DNA from: Cyanobacteria bacterium auto_48_18
Lineage (GTDB): Bacteria; Cyanobacteriota; Vampirovibrionia; Obscuribacterales; Obscuribacteraceae
DNA: 64,000 bases
Reading direction: 5' to 3'
NCBI GenBank assembly: GCA_036170915.1
Contig: JAVHQC010000008.1
Coordinates: 25,465 to 89,464 of the forward strand
The translations under genes were made by a program, and so were the position numbers. Position 1 is the first letter of the stretch. The number at the start of each line of letters is the position of its first letter. Of this stretch, positions 19,435 through 29,415 are shown piece by piece. Under the pieces are notes generated by a model. It did not search any database and was not told the origin of the DNA. It saw only the letters and a program-made list of their open reading frames with translations.

Positions 19435-20391
19435 ATGAAACCTCAATTTGCGCTTAGCCAGCGCGCTATTTCGCGAGCTTGCGTTCGCTCTTTGCTGGCT
19501 TGTTTTTTCATATTCGTCATGTCAGCCGTTGTTTGTTGTCAAAGCCCCATAGTTGGCGATTCTAGCGCGGTCAAGGTGCCTTTCTTTGATTCAACCGTTA
19601 ACGGTTCACGGATCAAAACAGATTCATCAACCGTTAACGGTTCCTGGATCAAAGTGCCAGGGGCCTTATTTTTGGATACTTTAAATCCGAGTATGCGCTT
19701 GACAATCGTGAACGCAGATTCTTTGCACGCCTCTTTTGCCAATTCGCATCCGGACGGTCTGAAAGGTATTGTGATTTTGTTGGACGCCGGTCACGGTGGA
19801 AGTCAGGATGGAGCGCTCTATCACAATGTGGCGGAGAAGGATGTCAATTTAGCGGTCACCTTCAAGCTCAAAGCCAGGCTCGAGCTCATGGGAGCTACTG
19901 TGCACATGACACGAACAGCTGATATTACGCTCAGTTTGCAGGCTCGCGTCAATCGAAGCCTTAAATTGCGTCCTGACATATTTGTCAGTGTGCATGCAAA
20001 TGCTAATCGCCACACGTCAATTGATGGCATCGAGACTTACTATTACGATCGTCGATCGTCCAAATTGGCTGTGACACTGCTTAAGTCTATATCTCATGGC
20101 TTAAAGGAAAACGCCAACTGGGTTAAGCAGGAGCGTTTGTTTGTTTTGCACCATAACAATGTACCAAGTACGCTGGTTGAAATCGGCTATCTCAGTAATA
20201 CCCGCACAAATTCATTGCTCAATGACAGCGCTTATCAGGAGAGTGTGGCGGAGTCTGTTGCTACTGGAATTTTCAACTACTTTCAAATCAAGAATGCGGC
20301 ACGTGGTCCCCGGCCTTTGCAGAAAGTCAAATCAAAGCAACCTGCCAAAACTAAAGCTCATGCAGTGCAATCGCAAAAGCGCTCGAAGTAG
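19435..20391 (+). CDS. N-acetylmuramoyl-L-alanine amidase (Amidase_3)
   Basis: LDAGHGG, EKDVNL, MTRT.D..LSL..R, FVSVHAN, GIETYY and LVEIGYLSN. Confidence 0.93.
   Translation: MKPQFALSQRAISRACVRSLLACFFIFVMSAVVCCQSPIVGDSSAVKVPFFDSTVNGSRIKTDSSTVNGSWIKVPGALFLDTLNPSMRLTIVNADSLHASFANSHPDGLKGIVILLDAGHGGSQDGALYHNVAEKDVNLAVTFKLKARLELMGATVHMTRTADITLSLQARVNRSLKLRPDIFVSVHANANRHTSIDGIETYYYDRRSSKLAVTLLKSISHGLKENANWVKQERLFVLHHNNVPSTLVEIGYLSNTRTNSLLNDSAYQESVAESVATGIFNYFQIKNAARGPRPLQKVKSKQPAKTKAHAVQSQKRSK
19585..19653. repeat. Two tandem palindrome-family copies in-frame inside the amidase gene
   Basis: AACCGTTAACGGTT at 19593-19606 and 19629-19642, each followed by GGATCAAA. They encode DSTVNGSRIK and DSSTVNGSWIK. 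Confidence 0.9.
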
Positions 20392-20664
20392 TCATTTCTA
20401 TGCCGATGCTGCCTTCATTTTCAATCGCTGGTTGGACGACCGCAGCTGGACTTTTTACTCATGATGGTGGTGCTCAAGCGCCATCATCATGAATATAAGT
20501 CAAAGGGGAACCTCTCTTTAGCATCACTTCGGTTTTAATCTAAACCTCAACCTTAGCTCTGCACCTACCTGGCACATCAAAAAAATTTCCCTACAGGTCT
20601 TATATCGCATAGTAAACTTAAGAGCTTGTGTAGTACAATATTGGCGCCATTTGGTCCTATTGGT

Positions 20665-21507
20665 ATGCACAAAAAAATTATTCTAGCTTCAATTTATCGG
20701 ACACCATCCTTGCAAGATCTGGAGTCTCTGCTGCAATCTGCGAAAGAGAGTACTTCGTCCACTATCGGCTTGCCTTTCAGCCCTGTTAAAGATCAGGAAT
20801 TTACCCTTAGTGCAAGTTTTGCCTTTGCCTCAGAAAGCACACCCAAGTGGTATTTGTTCGACAGCGAGAAAAATGGTTCTACTTTGTTGTGGACAACCAG
20901 CACTCAGCACCTCGACCTGGTGCGGGCGAAAGTGCAAGATTTGACCAGGACAGCGATGAGTAACAGCAAAACCGTTGTCAGAATTCCCACGATGGCGGCC
21001 AAGCCTCTTGAATTACCTGCCCCCACCGCATTTAACACCGTGGCGTACACTCAGTGTTTGATGGGCGTGACTGACCAAGAAATTGGTTTGCTAAACGAAG
21101 GTTGTTTTTTTTGGTTTCTTAGTCTGGAATTCGATCGCTTCCAGCGGTTTAAAACCCCGTTTTCACTCCTGATAATTTCATTCAACAAAACTGAGATTCG
21201 CAGTCCGCTGATGGAATTTGGCCAGAAGCTAAAATCCTCCATTCGCAGTGTAGATCTGCCGTGCCTATTTCAAAGTTCGCTAGCTTTAATTTTGCCTCAG
21301 TCTGAAACTGCTGAGGCTGCCCTTTGTGCTCAGAGGTTGGCTAAAGTTTTGGATGAGTTACTGGGAGCAGGTCGTTTTGGTATTGGTGTGGCAAATGTAC
21401 CCGCCACTTGCGAGCATCCCGGAGTGCTGGTTTCGGCAGCACTCGAAGCCGCCGATTTCGCCAGGCTAAATGACAAAGCTGTGATGGTTTTTGGCGGATA
21501 TTCATAG
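20665..21507 (+). CDS. Protein with a degenerate GGDEF-like C-terminal domain
   Basis: TD.EIGLLN, EFDRFQRF..PFSLLII, IRSVD, LALILPQS....A...AQRL and GIGVA. No GG(D/E)EF motif. Confidence 0.65.
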   Translation: MHKKIILASIYRTPSLQDLESLLQSAKESTSSTIGLPFSPVKDQEFTLSASFAFASESTPKWYLFDSEKNGSTLLWTTSTQHLDLVRAKVQDLTRTAMSNSKTVVRIPTMAAKPLELPAPTAFNTVAYTQCLMGVTDQEIGLLNEGCFFWFLSLEFDRFQRFKTPFSLLIISFNKTEIRSPLMEFGQKLKSSIRSVDLPCLFQSSLALILPQSETAEAALCAQRLAKVLDELLGAGRFGIGVANVPATCEHPGVLVSAALEAADFARLNDKAVMVFGGYS

Positions 21508-21551
21508 CCGCAAGCTGTGATGAAGATAAGAAGAGTGGTGGCACAATCGCA

Positions 21552-22313
21552 ATGATCAATTACGACATCATTGGAGATGTGCACGGCTGTCTGGATGAAC
21601 TTAACGAGCTAATGGGCTTGCTAGGCTATGATCGAAATGGACAATATAAAAATCGCAGCTCTAATCGTCAGCTGATTTTCGTCGGGGATCTTGTCGATCG
21701 AGGACCGTCCAGCGATGGCGTGCTTGAGCTTCTAATCAACCTCTATGATCAACGACTCGTCACCGTTTTACTTGGTAATCACGACGAGAAATTGCGAAAA
21801 TATTTACACCGCGGTGAGCAGTCTATGCGCGCAGGTCAAATGCTTACTGCGACTCTGGCGCAGCTAGAACCCAGAGGAGAGGCATTTCTTGGCCGGGTAA
21901 AAGATTTCCTGGAACAATTACCGTACCGTTTTGCTGACGGTGATTTACTTGTAGTCCACGGGGCCGTACTTCCAACTGACCGTGAAAATTTAGATCAACT
22001 TACCGACAAGCAATTGAAGAGCGAAAAGGCCTGGGCTCTTTATGGTCAGGTAGCCGGTATCACTGCCGATGGTTTTCCCATTCGCTTGCAAGATTGGGCG
22101 CGCACTTATTCAGGGCCTTACTCTACCATTGTGCGCGGTCACTCTGTAGTCGACGATGTTGAAACAATTGTCTCCTTGTCCGGCGCGCGCATAGTCAATG
22201 TTGACACAGGCTGCGCTTATGGTGGCATGCTTTCGGCCTTGCGCTATCCTGAGCATTCAGTGGTGCAGGTCAAGGCGCACAAAACCTACTACCAGGGCTC
22301 GGTTTGCGAGTGA
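21552..22313 (+). CDS. Metallophosphoesterase (PrpE/ApaH-like)
   Basis: IGDVHGC, VGDLVDRGP, LGNHD, VHG, GH and VDTGCAYGG.LSALRYP. Confidence 0.9.
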   Translation: MINYDIIGDVHGCLDELNELMGLLGYDRNGQYKNRSSNRQLIFVGDLVDRGPSSDGVLELLINLYDQRLVTVLLGNHDEKLRKYLHRGEQSMRAGQMLTATLAQLEPRGEAFLGRVKDFLEQLPYRFADGDLLVVHGAVLPTDRENLDQLTDKQLKSEKAWALYGQVAGITADGFPIRLQDWARTYSGPYSTIVRGHSVVDDVETIVSLSGARIVNVDTGCAYGGMLSALRYPEHSVVQVKAHKTYYQGSVCE

Positions 22314-22505
22314 GGACAACGTCGACCCATTTTTTGGGCAGGGCAATAACAGAACGATTGTGAATTGAATCATTCATAATTCCATTTTATTACCAATGTG
22401 TTGCAGCTTAATTAGCAAATTGATTAAAAGCTACTGATCGCAAGGAAACAGCTCTATGATTAACGCATTACTTTTACTTGGGCATGGCTGTTAAGAACTC
22501 TCCTT

Positions 22506-24968
22506 ATGAATATCAATCACGCGCTTAAATATTTTGATGCTCAGACCCTGCAAGAGGGCCAAGAACGTCATTCCCAGGGTCGCGTAATCAGTTGCTCTTA
22601 TGACGATGCAGGCAATTCGTTAACTGGAAAAGTACACGGCAGTCAAGCTAAGCCTTATGCAGTGAGCGTTTTTCTCGTTCAACCAGGATTTGATGTTAGT
22701 TGGTCGCTCTGCACATGTGAGCGCAGGAAAGCTTGCAAGCACGCTGCTGCGCTGGTTTATGCATTTTTTGATTTCGATGATGAACGCACCTTTTCATCTA
22801 TCAGCCAGAAGCGTGACAAGCAAGCAAGAATCGATTCTCCACTGCCAACTCTAGATTTGCCTGCGAAACAAAGCGTGCTTGCGTCTCTGGCGGAAAATCG
22901 ATCGCCAGAGTCGTATGATTTAGAGCCTGAGTCTGATTTGCGATCTGCAGAGGTGCCTGCCACCGTGCAGTTCAAGCGGCATACTAATTTGTTCGCCAGT
23001 TCTTTGCAAAAAAATGACAAGGAGGCGGTTAAGGCCGCGGCACCTGCTTTTCGTCCTGGCGTGATTGATGTCAGTGATGAGTCAGACCAAAGCGATCGTC
23101 AGGCCAGCTGGCAATTTGAAATTCACGAGAGCGGAGATTTCTGGTTCGGTTTGAGCCTGGGAATTGATGTCGACGGCGAGACTATTTCTATCTTTCCAGT
23201 TTTACAAAGAGCACTGAGCAAATTAAAATCATTCACCGCCCGTGATATCGCATCTCTCGGGCGAGATGGGAAATTTTATAGTCGTTTGCCTGACGGGCGA
23301 ATATTGATTCTGCCTTTTGAGAGAGTGAGAGCCATTCTTGCTAATCTGGTAGAGCTATGTGTCAATAACGCACCAGAGAGTGATCAAATGAGAGTCTCTC
23401 TATCGCAACTAAATGCGGTGGCACAAGATCCTGCTCTGAAAGGGTTTAAAGTCAATGGTGCTGCCGACTTTCTGGCCCGCGCCGATCAAATTATGCAGCT
23501 TGCTAATTTGCCGGCGGTTCAACCGGCCAAGAATTTCCAGGCACAATTGAGACCTTATCAACTGGACGGACTGGCTTGGCTTCAGGGTTTAGCCCGCGCT
23601 GGACTGTCAGGCATACTGGCTGACGATATGGGTCTCGGTAAAACTGTGCAAGTTCTGGCTCATCTCAATTTGGAGAAAGAACAACAGCGTCTTTCTAAAC
23701 CCGTGCTTGTGGTCTGTCCCACCAGTGTGCTCAATAACTGGCTCACTGAAACTAAGCGCTTTGCACCAGATCTCACTGCTTTCGCCTATCACGGTGCTGA
23801 GCGCTCCAGTGCCAATTTAGGCAATATGCTTAAAGCCGCCGCGCTTAAGCCCGATATAGTATTGACCACATACGCCATTTTAATCCGTGACAGTAAACAA
23901 CTGGCTGACGTCGAATGGCAAGCTGTCATTTTAGACGAAGCTCAAGCCATTAAAAATGCCGGCACTAAGGGTGCGAAAGTGGCTCGCTCATTGAAATCGC
24001 AGTACAGGCTGTGTGTGTCTGGTACTCCTGTGGAAAATCATTTAGGCGAACTCTGGTCATTGTTCGAATTTCTGATGCCCGGTATGCTCGATGACGTCAA
24101 AGTATTCAACAAACATTTCCGCACACCAATTGAGAAGCAGAAAAACGTGGCGGTGCGGCAGCTGCTGGCCAGGCGATTAAGTCCGTTTATCTTACGGCGT
24201 TTAAAGGAGCAAGTAGCCAAAGATTTACCTGACAAAACTTTGATGCTGCAAGAACTTGAGCTCACATCTATGCAACGCGACCTTTATGAAACTGTGCGTT
24301 CCGCGGGCGAACAGCGAGTTAAAGAGGAAATTAGCAAAAAAGGCATCAACCGCTCTCAGATTGTCATTCTTGATGCAATGCTTAAGCTGAGGCAAGTTTG
24401 TTGTGACCCTCGTTTGGTCAAGCTCGAATTGCCCCAGCCGGCGACTATTCTAGATTCTGCCAAGTTGGAAGCCGTGATTGATTTGCTCGAACCTCTGGTG
24501 GAGAATGGCCGCAAAATATTACTGTTTTCGCAATTCACCAGCATGCTCGACTTGATTGCGCCGGAATTAAAAGCAAGAGAAATTGCGTTTGTGCAACTGC
24601 GTGGTGATACTACCGATAGAGTCACTCCTGTCGCGGAATTTCAAGACGGTTCGGCGTCGGTCTTTCTCATAAGTCTCAAGGCCGGTGGCACGGGTCTCAA
24701 TCTCACCGCCGCTGATACGGTCATTCATTACGATCCCTGGTGGAATCCGGCAGTGGAAGACCAGGCGACAGATAGGGCCCATCGTATCGGTCAAACAAAG
24801 AAAGTCTTCATTTATAAATTTGTTGCTCGGGGCACCATTGAGGAGCGCATGTTGGAATTGCAGACACGTAAGCGCGCGCTTTGTGAGGCAATTTTCGATG
24901 CTGAGTCGGCGGCTTCAATCAGCTTTAGCGAAAGTGACTTGCAATTTTTGTTCGAGCCGCTAACTTGA
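22506..24968 (+). CDS. SWIM zinc finger + SNF2/SWI2 helicase-like ATPase
   Basis: SWIM motif CTC....CKH. LRPYQ, LADDMGLGKT, LDEAQ, GTPVENHL, LRQVCC, SLKAGGTGLNL and WWNPAVEDQATDRAHRIGQ. Confidence 0.95.
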   Translation: MNINHALKYFDAQTLQEGQERHSQGRVISCSYDDAGNSLTGKVHGSQAKPYAVSVFLVQPGFDVSWSLCTCERRKACKHAAALVYAFFDFDDERTFSSISQKRDKQARIDSPLPTLDLPAKQSVLASLAENRSPESYDLEPESDLRSAEVPATVQFKRHTNLFASSLQKNDKEAVKAAAPAFRPGVIDVSDESDQSDRQASWQFEIHESGDFWFGLSLGIDVDGETISIFPVLQRALSKLKSFTARDIASLGRDGKFYSRLPDGRILILPFERVRAILANLVELCVNNAPESDQMRVSLSQLNAVAQDPALKGFKVNGAADFLARADQIMQLANLPAVQPAKNFQAQLRPYQLDGLAWLQGLARAGLSGILADDMGLGKTVQVLAHLNLEKEQQRLSKPVLVVCPTSVLNNWLTETKRFAPDLTAFAYHGAERSSANLGNMLKAAALKPDIVLTTYAILIRDSKQLADVEWQAVILDEAQAIKNAGTKGAKVARSLKSQYRLCVSGTPVENHLGELWSLFEFLMPGMLDDVKVFNKHFRTPIEKQKNVAVRQLLARRLSPFILRRLKEQVAKDLPDKTLMLQELELTSMQRDLYETVRSAGEQRVKEEISKKGINRSQIVILDAMLKLRQVCCDPRLVKLELPQPATILDSAKLEAVIDLLEPLVENGRKILLFSQFTSMLDLIAPELKAREIAFVQLRGDTTDRVTPVAEFQDGSASVFLISLKAGGTGLNLTAADTVIHYDPWWNPAVEDQATDRAHRIGQTKKVFIYKFVARGTIEERMLELQTRKRALCEAIFDAESAASISFSESDLQFLFEPLT

Positions 24969-24983
24969 TCACGGCATGAGTCA

Positions 24984-25943
24984 TTGATGAGTGATTATTT
25001 GTTTGAAATAGACTTCGATGAGCTCGAACTTCTTGACCCGGTTCGGCATAAAAGCCTGGCAGTGAGGGTGACCTATCCACTTAAGTCTTCGGAATCAGTG
25101 GCACTAGCGTCATGGCCCGTAATTGTTTTTTCTCACGGTTTATTGGGCAGCAAAGACGGCTATCAACCGCTGGCACATTATTGGGCCCAGCACGGCTATG
25201 TTGTAATTCAACCCACCCACTATGACTCCGCGGCCCACCGTAAGCCAACTCTAACTGAATTGCGCGATTTGACTCCGTTATTTGTCGGCTGGGAGAGCCG
25301 TCCGCAAGATGTTCTGTTTATCCTTGACCAAGTTGATGCGATTGCGCAGCAGTTGAAAAATTTCAAGGGAGCTCTTGACCACGATCGAATTGGCCTGGGC
25401 GGGCATTCATTCGGTTCGCACACAGCGATGTTGATAGGTGGTGCACAGTTGGCCAGCGGCAATTTTGCCAACTGCAGTGATCGCAATCAAAATGCTATGC
25501 GCACGCCGTTCATGGACGCCAGGCCTAAAGCATTCTTGCTACTTTCACCACAGGGCAGCGGTCGCGCACTGACTGAAAGTGCTGATTTTGATCAGTCAGC
25601 CTGGGACAATTTTGAACGGCCGATGATGATTATCACCGGCACGGAAGACAATGGTCGCAGGCGTCAAGATTATCACTGGCGTTCTGAGCCCTTCAAGCTA
25701 GGCGCCGCAGGTGATAAATATTTGCTCGTTATTGCTGGAGGCTACCATGGCTTTGGTGGTATCACCGGCACCAGATTTTTTGGCTCGGGCCCGGTCAACG
25801 ACGATCATGTGCGCTGGGTGCAAATTTCGACTACGGCTTTTTTCGATTGCTATGTCAAGGGTGATAGGAAGGCAGCCGCAGTCTTAGCTCCAGAGGCGAT
25901 TGTCAAGCTGACCTCCGGCGGTATGACTAGCGAGAAGCGCTGA
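24984..25943 (+). CDS. Alpha/beta hydrolase (predicted dienelactone hydrolase/PAF-AH-like)
   Basis: VFSHGLLG, GYVVI.PTH, RPQDV, GHSFG nucleophile elbow, TGTED and H. Confidence 0.85.
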   Translation: MMSDYLFEIDFDELELLDPVRHKSLAVRVTYPLKSSESVALASWPVIVFSHGLLGSKDGYQPLAHYWAQHGYVVIQPTHYDSAAHRKPTLTELRDLTPLFVGWESRPQDVLFILDQVDAIAQQLKNFKGALDHDRIGLGGHSFGSHTAMLIGGAQLASGNFANCSDRNQNAMRTPFMDARPKAFLLLSPQGSGRALTESADFDQSAWDNFERPMMIITGTEDNGRRRQDYHWRSEPFKLGAAGDKYLLVIAGGYHGFGGITGTRFFGSGPVNDDHVRWVQISTTAFFDCYVKGDRKAAAVLAPEAIVKLTSGGMTSEKR

Positions 25944-25971
25944 CTATTGCACCGTTTCAGGCCCCAAGTAT

Positions 25972-26034
25972 TTGTATTTGATCCAGCAACCGTTAACGGT
26001 TGCTGGATCAAATACAAGAGTCAGTTAACGGTTG
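25972..26034. repeat. Dispersed palindrome family copy, perfect 46-bp palindrome plus a partial second copy
   Basis: TTGTATTTGATCCAGCAACCGTT|AACGGTTGCTGGATCAAATACAA (25972-26017), then GTTAACGGTTG (26024-26034). Confidence 0.95.
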
Positions 26035-26116
26035 CCCGCTGCACAATTCGCAGAAGGCGCTAAAATTAGGTGTTCGAGATTATGGCCAGCTATTGCCAGC
26101 CGTTTTAGGAGTCATC

Positions 26117-28297
26117 ATGCGCTTAATGCCTGGCGAGCCATATCCACTGGGAGCCACGTGGGATGGTTTAGGAGTCAACTTCGCAATCTTCGCGGAGAAT
26201 GCCACGAAAGTTGAACTCTGTCTCTTTGACTCTATCGAATCGACAACAGAATCACAGCGAATTCCCTTGCCTGAATACAATAACAATGTCTGGCACGTTT
26301 ACTTGCCTGCAATTTTACCTGGTCAGTTGTACGGGTATCGCGTACACGGACCGTACGATCCTGAAAAAGGCATGCGCTTTAATGCCAACAAATTGCTCCT
26401 TGATCCATACGCTAAGTCAGTCGTGCGTTCTGTCAAATGGGACGATAGTTTGTTTGGTTATAAAACGGGCGATCCAAGCAAAGACTTGAGTTTCGATACC
26501 CGTGATTCAGCACCATATGCTCCGCTTTGTGCCGTAGTGGATCCTGCCTTTTCCTGGGGTTCAGATCATCCACCGAAAACTCCCTGGCATAAAACTATTA
26601 TTTATGAGGCTCATGTCAAAGGTCTGACTTTCCAGAATTTAAATATTCCCGATCATTTGCGAGGGACTTATGCAGCGCTGGCTACGGAGCCTGTGATCAA
26701 GCATTTGAAGGGTCTCGGAGTAACCGCCATTGAGCTTATGCCGGTTCATGTGAAAATCAATGATCGTTTTCTTGTCGATAAGGGCCTTACCAATTATTGG
26801 GGCTACAACACGCTCGGCTATTTCGCTCCTGAGTGGCGATTAGCAAATCAGCAAGGCACTACAGATCACGTACGCGAATTCAAAATGATGGTGCGTGCCC
26901 TTCACGCAGCCGGTTTGGAAGTAATTCTCGATGTGGTTTACAACCACACTGGTGAAGGCAGTCATATGGGTCCAACCATCTGCTTCCGTGGCATTGATAA
27001 CAGTGCTTATTACCGCACTAATGTCGAGGATAGAAGGTTTTACATAGACTACACCGGCTGCGGTAACACTTTGAATGTTACTCATCCGCGTGTCATTCAG
27101 CTCATCATGGACAGCTTGCGCTATTGGATTGAGGACATGCACGTCGACGGTTTTCGTTTTGATTTGGCAAGCGCTCTGGCGCGTGAACTATATGCGGTCG
27201 ACAAGCTTTCGTCGTTTTTTGACGTTATTGCTCAAGATCCAAAAATTTCGCAAGTGAAGTTGATAGCAGAGCCGTGGGACCTGGGTGAGGGCGGCTATCA
27301 GGTAGGTAATTTTCCTGTTTTGTGGACCGAGTGGAACGGTAAATTTAGAGATACAGTGAGGCGCTTCTGGAAAGGCGATCTGGGCGTGGCTGGAGAAATG
27401 GCCACGCGATTGTCTGGCAGTAGCGATCTGTATGAGCACAGCGGACGTGCTCCGCATGCCAGCATCAATTTCGTCACTTGTCACGATGGCTTTACCTTGA
27501 ACGACCTCGTCACCTATAACGAGAAGCATAATAAAGACAATCTCGAAGGCAATAATGATGGCGAGAATCACAACAGTAGCTGGAACTGCGGAGTAGAAGG
27601 TTATTCCACAGATTCGAAGATCAAAGAGCTTCGCGCGCGTCAAAAACGCAATTTGATGGCAACACTACTGCTGTCGCTTGGAGTGCCGATGATTAGCGGT
27701 GGAGATGAACTGAGCCGCACTCAAAAGGGCAATAACAATGCTTACTGCCAGGACAGCGATATCAGCTGGTATAACTGGCAACTAACTGAAGAGGACAATA
27801 AATTCTGTAATTTTGTTCGCAAGGTAACACACATTCGTAAAACCCAACCGGTTCTTCTGCGTCGTAAATTTTTAAGTGGCCGGCTGGAGAGCCTAGAAGG
27901 AAATCGTGATGTGGCCTGGTTTAATGCCAAAGCCCATGAGCTTACTGCTAAAGAGTGGATGAATTCGAATCTGCAAAGTTTCGGTATGGTAATCGATGGA
28001 TTTGGAATTACTGAGATCGATGAAATGGGTGAGCCAATCGTCGGCAACACCTTGTTTATGCTGCTCAATGCGTCTGCAGACGACATTGTTTATGTGATGC
28101 CGGCCCATTATGACTTGTTTTGTACTCCAGCTAAAACAGCTCAAACGAAAGAATGCAAGGAAGGTCGTTGGAGCTTACTTCTCGATACATTTGACGAATC
28201 ACGCGATCTTGACCGTTTTGATTTTGGCTCAAAGTTTTCTCTCAAATCTCGCAGTCTGGTGCTTTTTGAATTGCTTGAAAGTGAGATAGAGAGCTAA
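26117..28297 (+). CDS. glgX: Glycogen debranching enzyme GlgX (GH13)
   Basis: PGEPYPLGATWDG, NYWGYNT, DVVYNHT, DGFRFDLA, IAEPWD, CHDGFTL and NNAYCQD. ATG 26117 follows AGGAG. Confidence 0.96.
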   Translation: MRLMPGEPYPLGATWDGLGVNFAIFAENATKVELCLFDSIESTTESQRIPLPEYNNNVWHVYLPAILPGQLYGYRVHGPYDPEKGMRFNANKLLLDPYAKSVVRSVKWDDSLFGYKTGDPSKDLSFDTRDSAPYAPLCAVVDPAFSWGSDHPPKTPWHKTIIYEAHVKGLTFQNLNIPDHLRGTYAALATEPVIKHLKGLGVTAIELMPVHVKINDRFLVDKGLTNYWGYNTLGYFAPEWRLANQQGTTDHVREFKMMVRALHAAGLEVILDVVYNHTGEGSHMGPTICFRGIDNSAYYRTNVEDRRFYIDYTGCGNTLNVTHPRVIQLIMDSLRYWIEDMHVDGFRFDLASALARELYAVDKLSSFFDVIAQDPKISQVKLIAEPWDLGEGGYQVGNFPVLWTEWNGKFRDTVRRFWKGDLGVAGEMATRLSGSSDLYEHSGRAPHASINFVTCHDGFTLNDLVTYNEKHNKDNLEGNNDGENHNSSWNCGVEGYSTDSKIKELRARQKRNLMATLLLSLGVPMISGGDELSRTQKGNNNAYCQDSDISWYNWQLTEEDNKFCNFVRKVTHIRKTQPVLLRRKFLSGRLESLEGNRDVAWFNAKAHELTAKEWMNSNLQSFGMVIDGFGITEIDEMGEPIVGNTLFMLLNASADDIVYVMPAHYDLFCTPAKTAQTKECKEGRWSLLLDTFDESRDLDRFDFGSKFSLKSRSLVLFELLESEIES

Positions 28298-28300
28298 GTA

Positions 28301-29185
28301 TTAAGGCACTCTGTATTTGGTCCGAATGTTATTAATTTGTTCGGCAAGTTCAGGCTTTAGAGCTTGAGCTTGTTTTAAGTCATCGCTGGCTTGTGAATTT
28401 TTGCCGAGCAATAATAGACACTCAGCCCGTTCTAATTTAAGTCTTGCGTCGTTAACACACAGACGATTTAGATGATTAAGGTCGCTGAGCGCTGCTTGAT
28501 GCTTGCCAAGTTTAACTAAGTTTCTGGACCGGCAGTGTAAGGCGTTTTGTTCATCTTTTTCTAGAGAAAGAATTTGTGTGTAAAGTTGCACTGCTTCACT
28601 GTATTTACTCTGCTTCTCCATACTGTTAGCTAAATAAATCATGTGAATGATTCTAGTTTTAAGCGGCGGTGCTTGATCTGATTTTTTCATTACTTTTCGC
28701 AGATCTAGCGCCACTACTTTGGCAAAGTCGTTTTCAGCCAAGGCGAGCTGATTGTCGCTTTGATAGATTTGAGCTCGGAGGAAATAGGATCCGGGCTGAG
28801 GGTCAGCCTTAATCACTTCAGTCAGATCTGCAATAGCGCTGGAGTATTGTTTTTTTGCATAGTTGCATTCAGCGCGAATCTTAAGAGCCGCAAAGTTATG
28901 CGGATTTTTTGCAATTATGGGATTAATTGCTTCCAACGCGCCGTCATAGTCGCCTTCTATAGCTTTCTGATAAGCGCTGTCAATATTTTGGGTTGGCGCT
29001 GAACTTTCGGAGACTGCAGCACAATCGTCGCCCACTTTTTCCAAGGTGGCGCTCTTTATTGATGGATTTCCATTCTGTTGTATTTCAGAAGTGCCGCAGG
29101 CTGATAAGTTTAAAGCAAGCACCACGATCGCAATAGATATTTCCTTAAGGCCACTAGATTGAGAGCACTCTCTTTTGAACGGCAC
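28301..29185 (-). CDS. TPR-repeat lipoprotein
   Basis: Lipobox LSAC and multiple TPR-like helical repeats. Confidence 0.8.
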   Translation of the reverse strand: MPFKRECSQSSGLKEISIAIVVLALNLSACGTSEIQQNGNPSIKSATLEKVGDDCAAVSESSAPTQNIDSAYQKAIEGDYDGALEAINPIIAKNPHNFAALKIRAECNYAKKQYSSAIADLTEVIKADPQPGSYFLRAQIYQSDNQLALAENDFAKVVALDLRKVMKKSDQAPPLKTRIIHMIYLANSMEKQSKYSEAVQLYTQILSLEKDEQNALHCRSRNLVKLGKHQAALSDLNHLNRLCVNDARLKLERAECLLLLGKNSQASDDLKQAQALKPELAEQINNIRTKYRVP

Positions 29186-29265
29186 GATTTGATAGCACTC
29201 CGTAAACAGGCTTTCAGTATATATGGTTAGTCAAAATGTGGCGGCTGCAGTGTGGCGCTTAGTTA

Positions 29266-29290
29266 TGATCACGAACCGTTAACGGTTGAT
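29266..29290. repeat. Dispersed palindrome family copy in a divergent intergenic region
   Basis: TGATCACG-AACCGTTAACGGTT-GAT, core 29274-29287. Confidence 0.85.
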
Positions 29291-29415
29291 AGCTCTTTTT
29301 CGAAATCCATATATGTGATCAGGATGGCTAAATTTGTGCGCGCCACTTTTTATCAAAACCATTGAACTTTTCCTTGAGTTTTTACGTTTACATCAATAAG
29401 CGGAGGAAACGAAAA

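Noticed and set aside
21552..24968. Phosphoesterase + SNF2 helicase as an anti-phage defence system
   Set aside because: Both are common stand-alone families, they are separated by about 190 bp, and no nuclease, methylase or other defence gene is adjacent.
26000..26116. N-terminal extension of GlgX in the ORF track
   Set aside because: It begins within the palindrome. ATG 26117 has an AGGAG RBS and matches the usual GlgX start.
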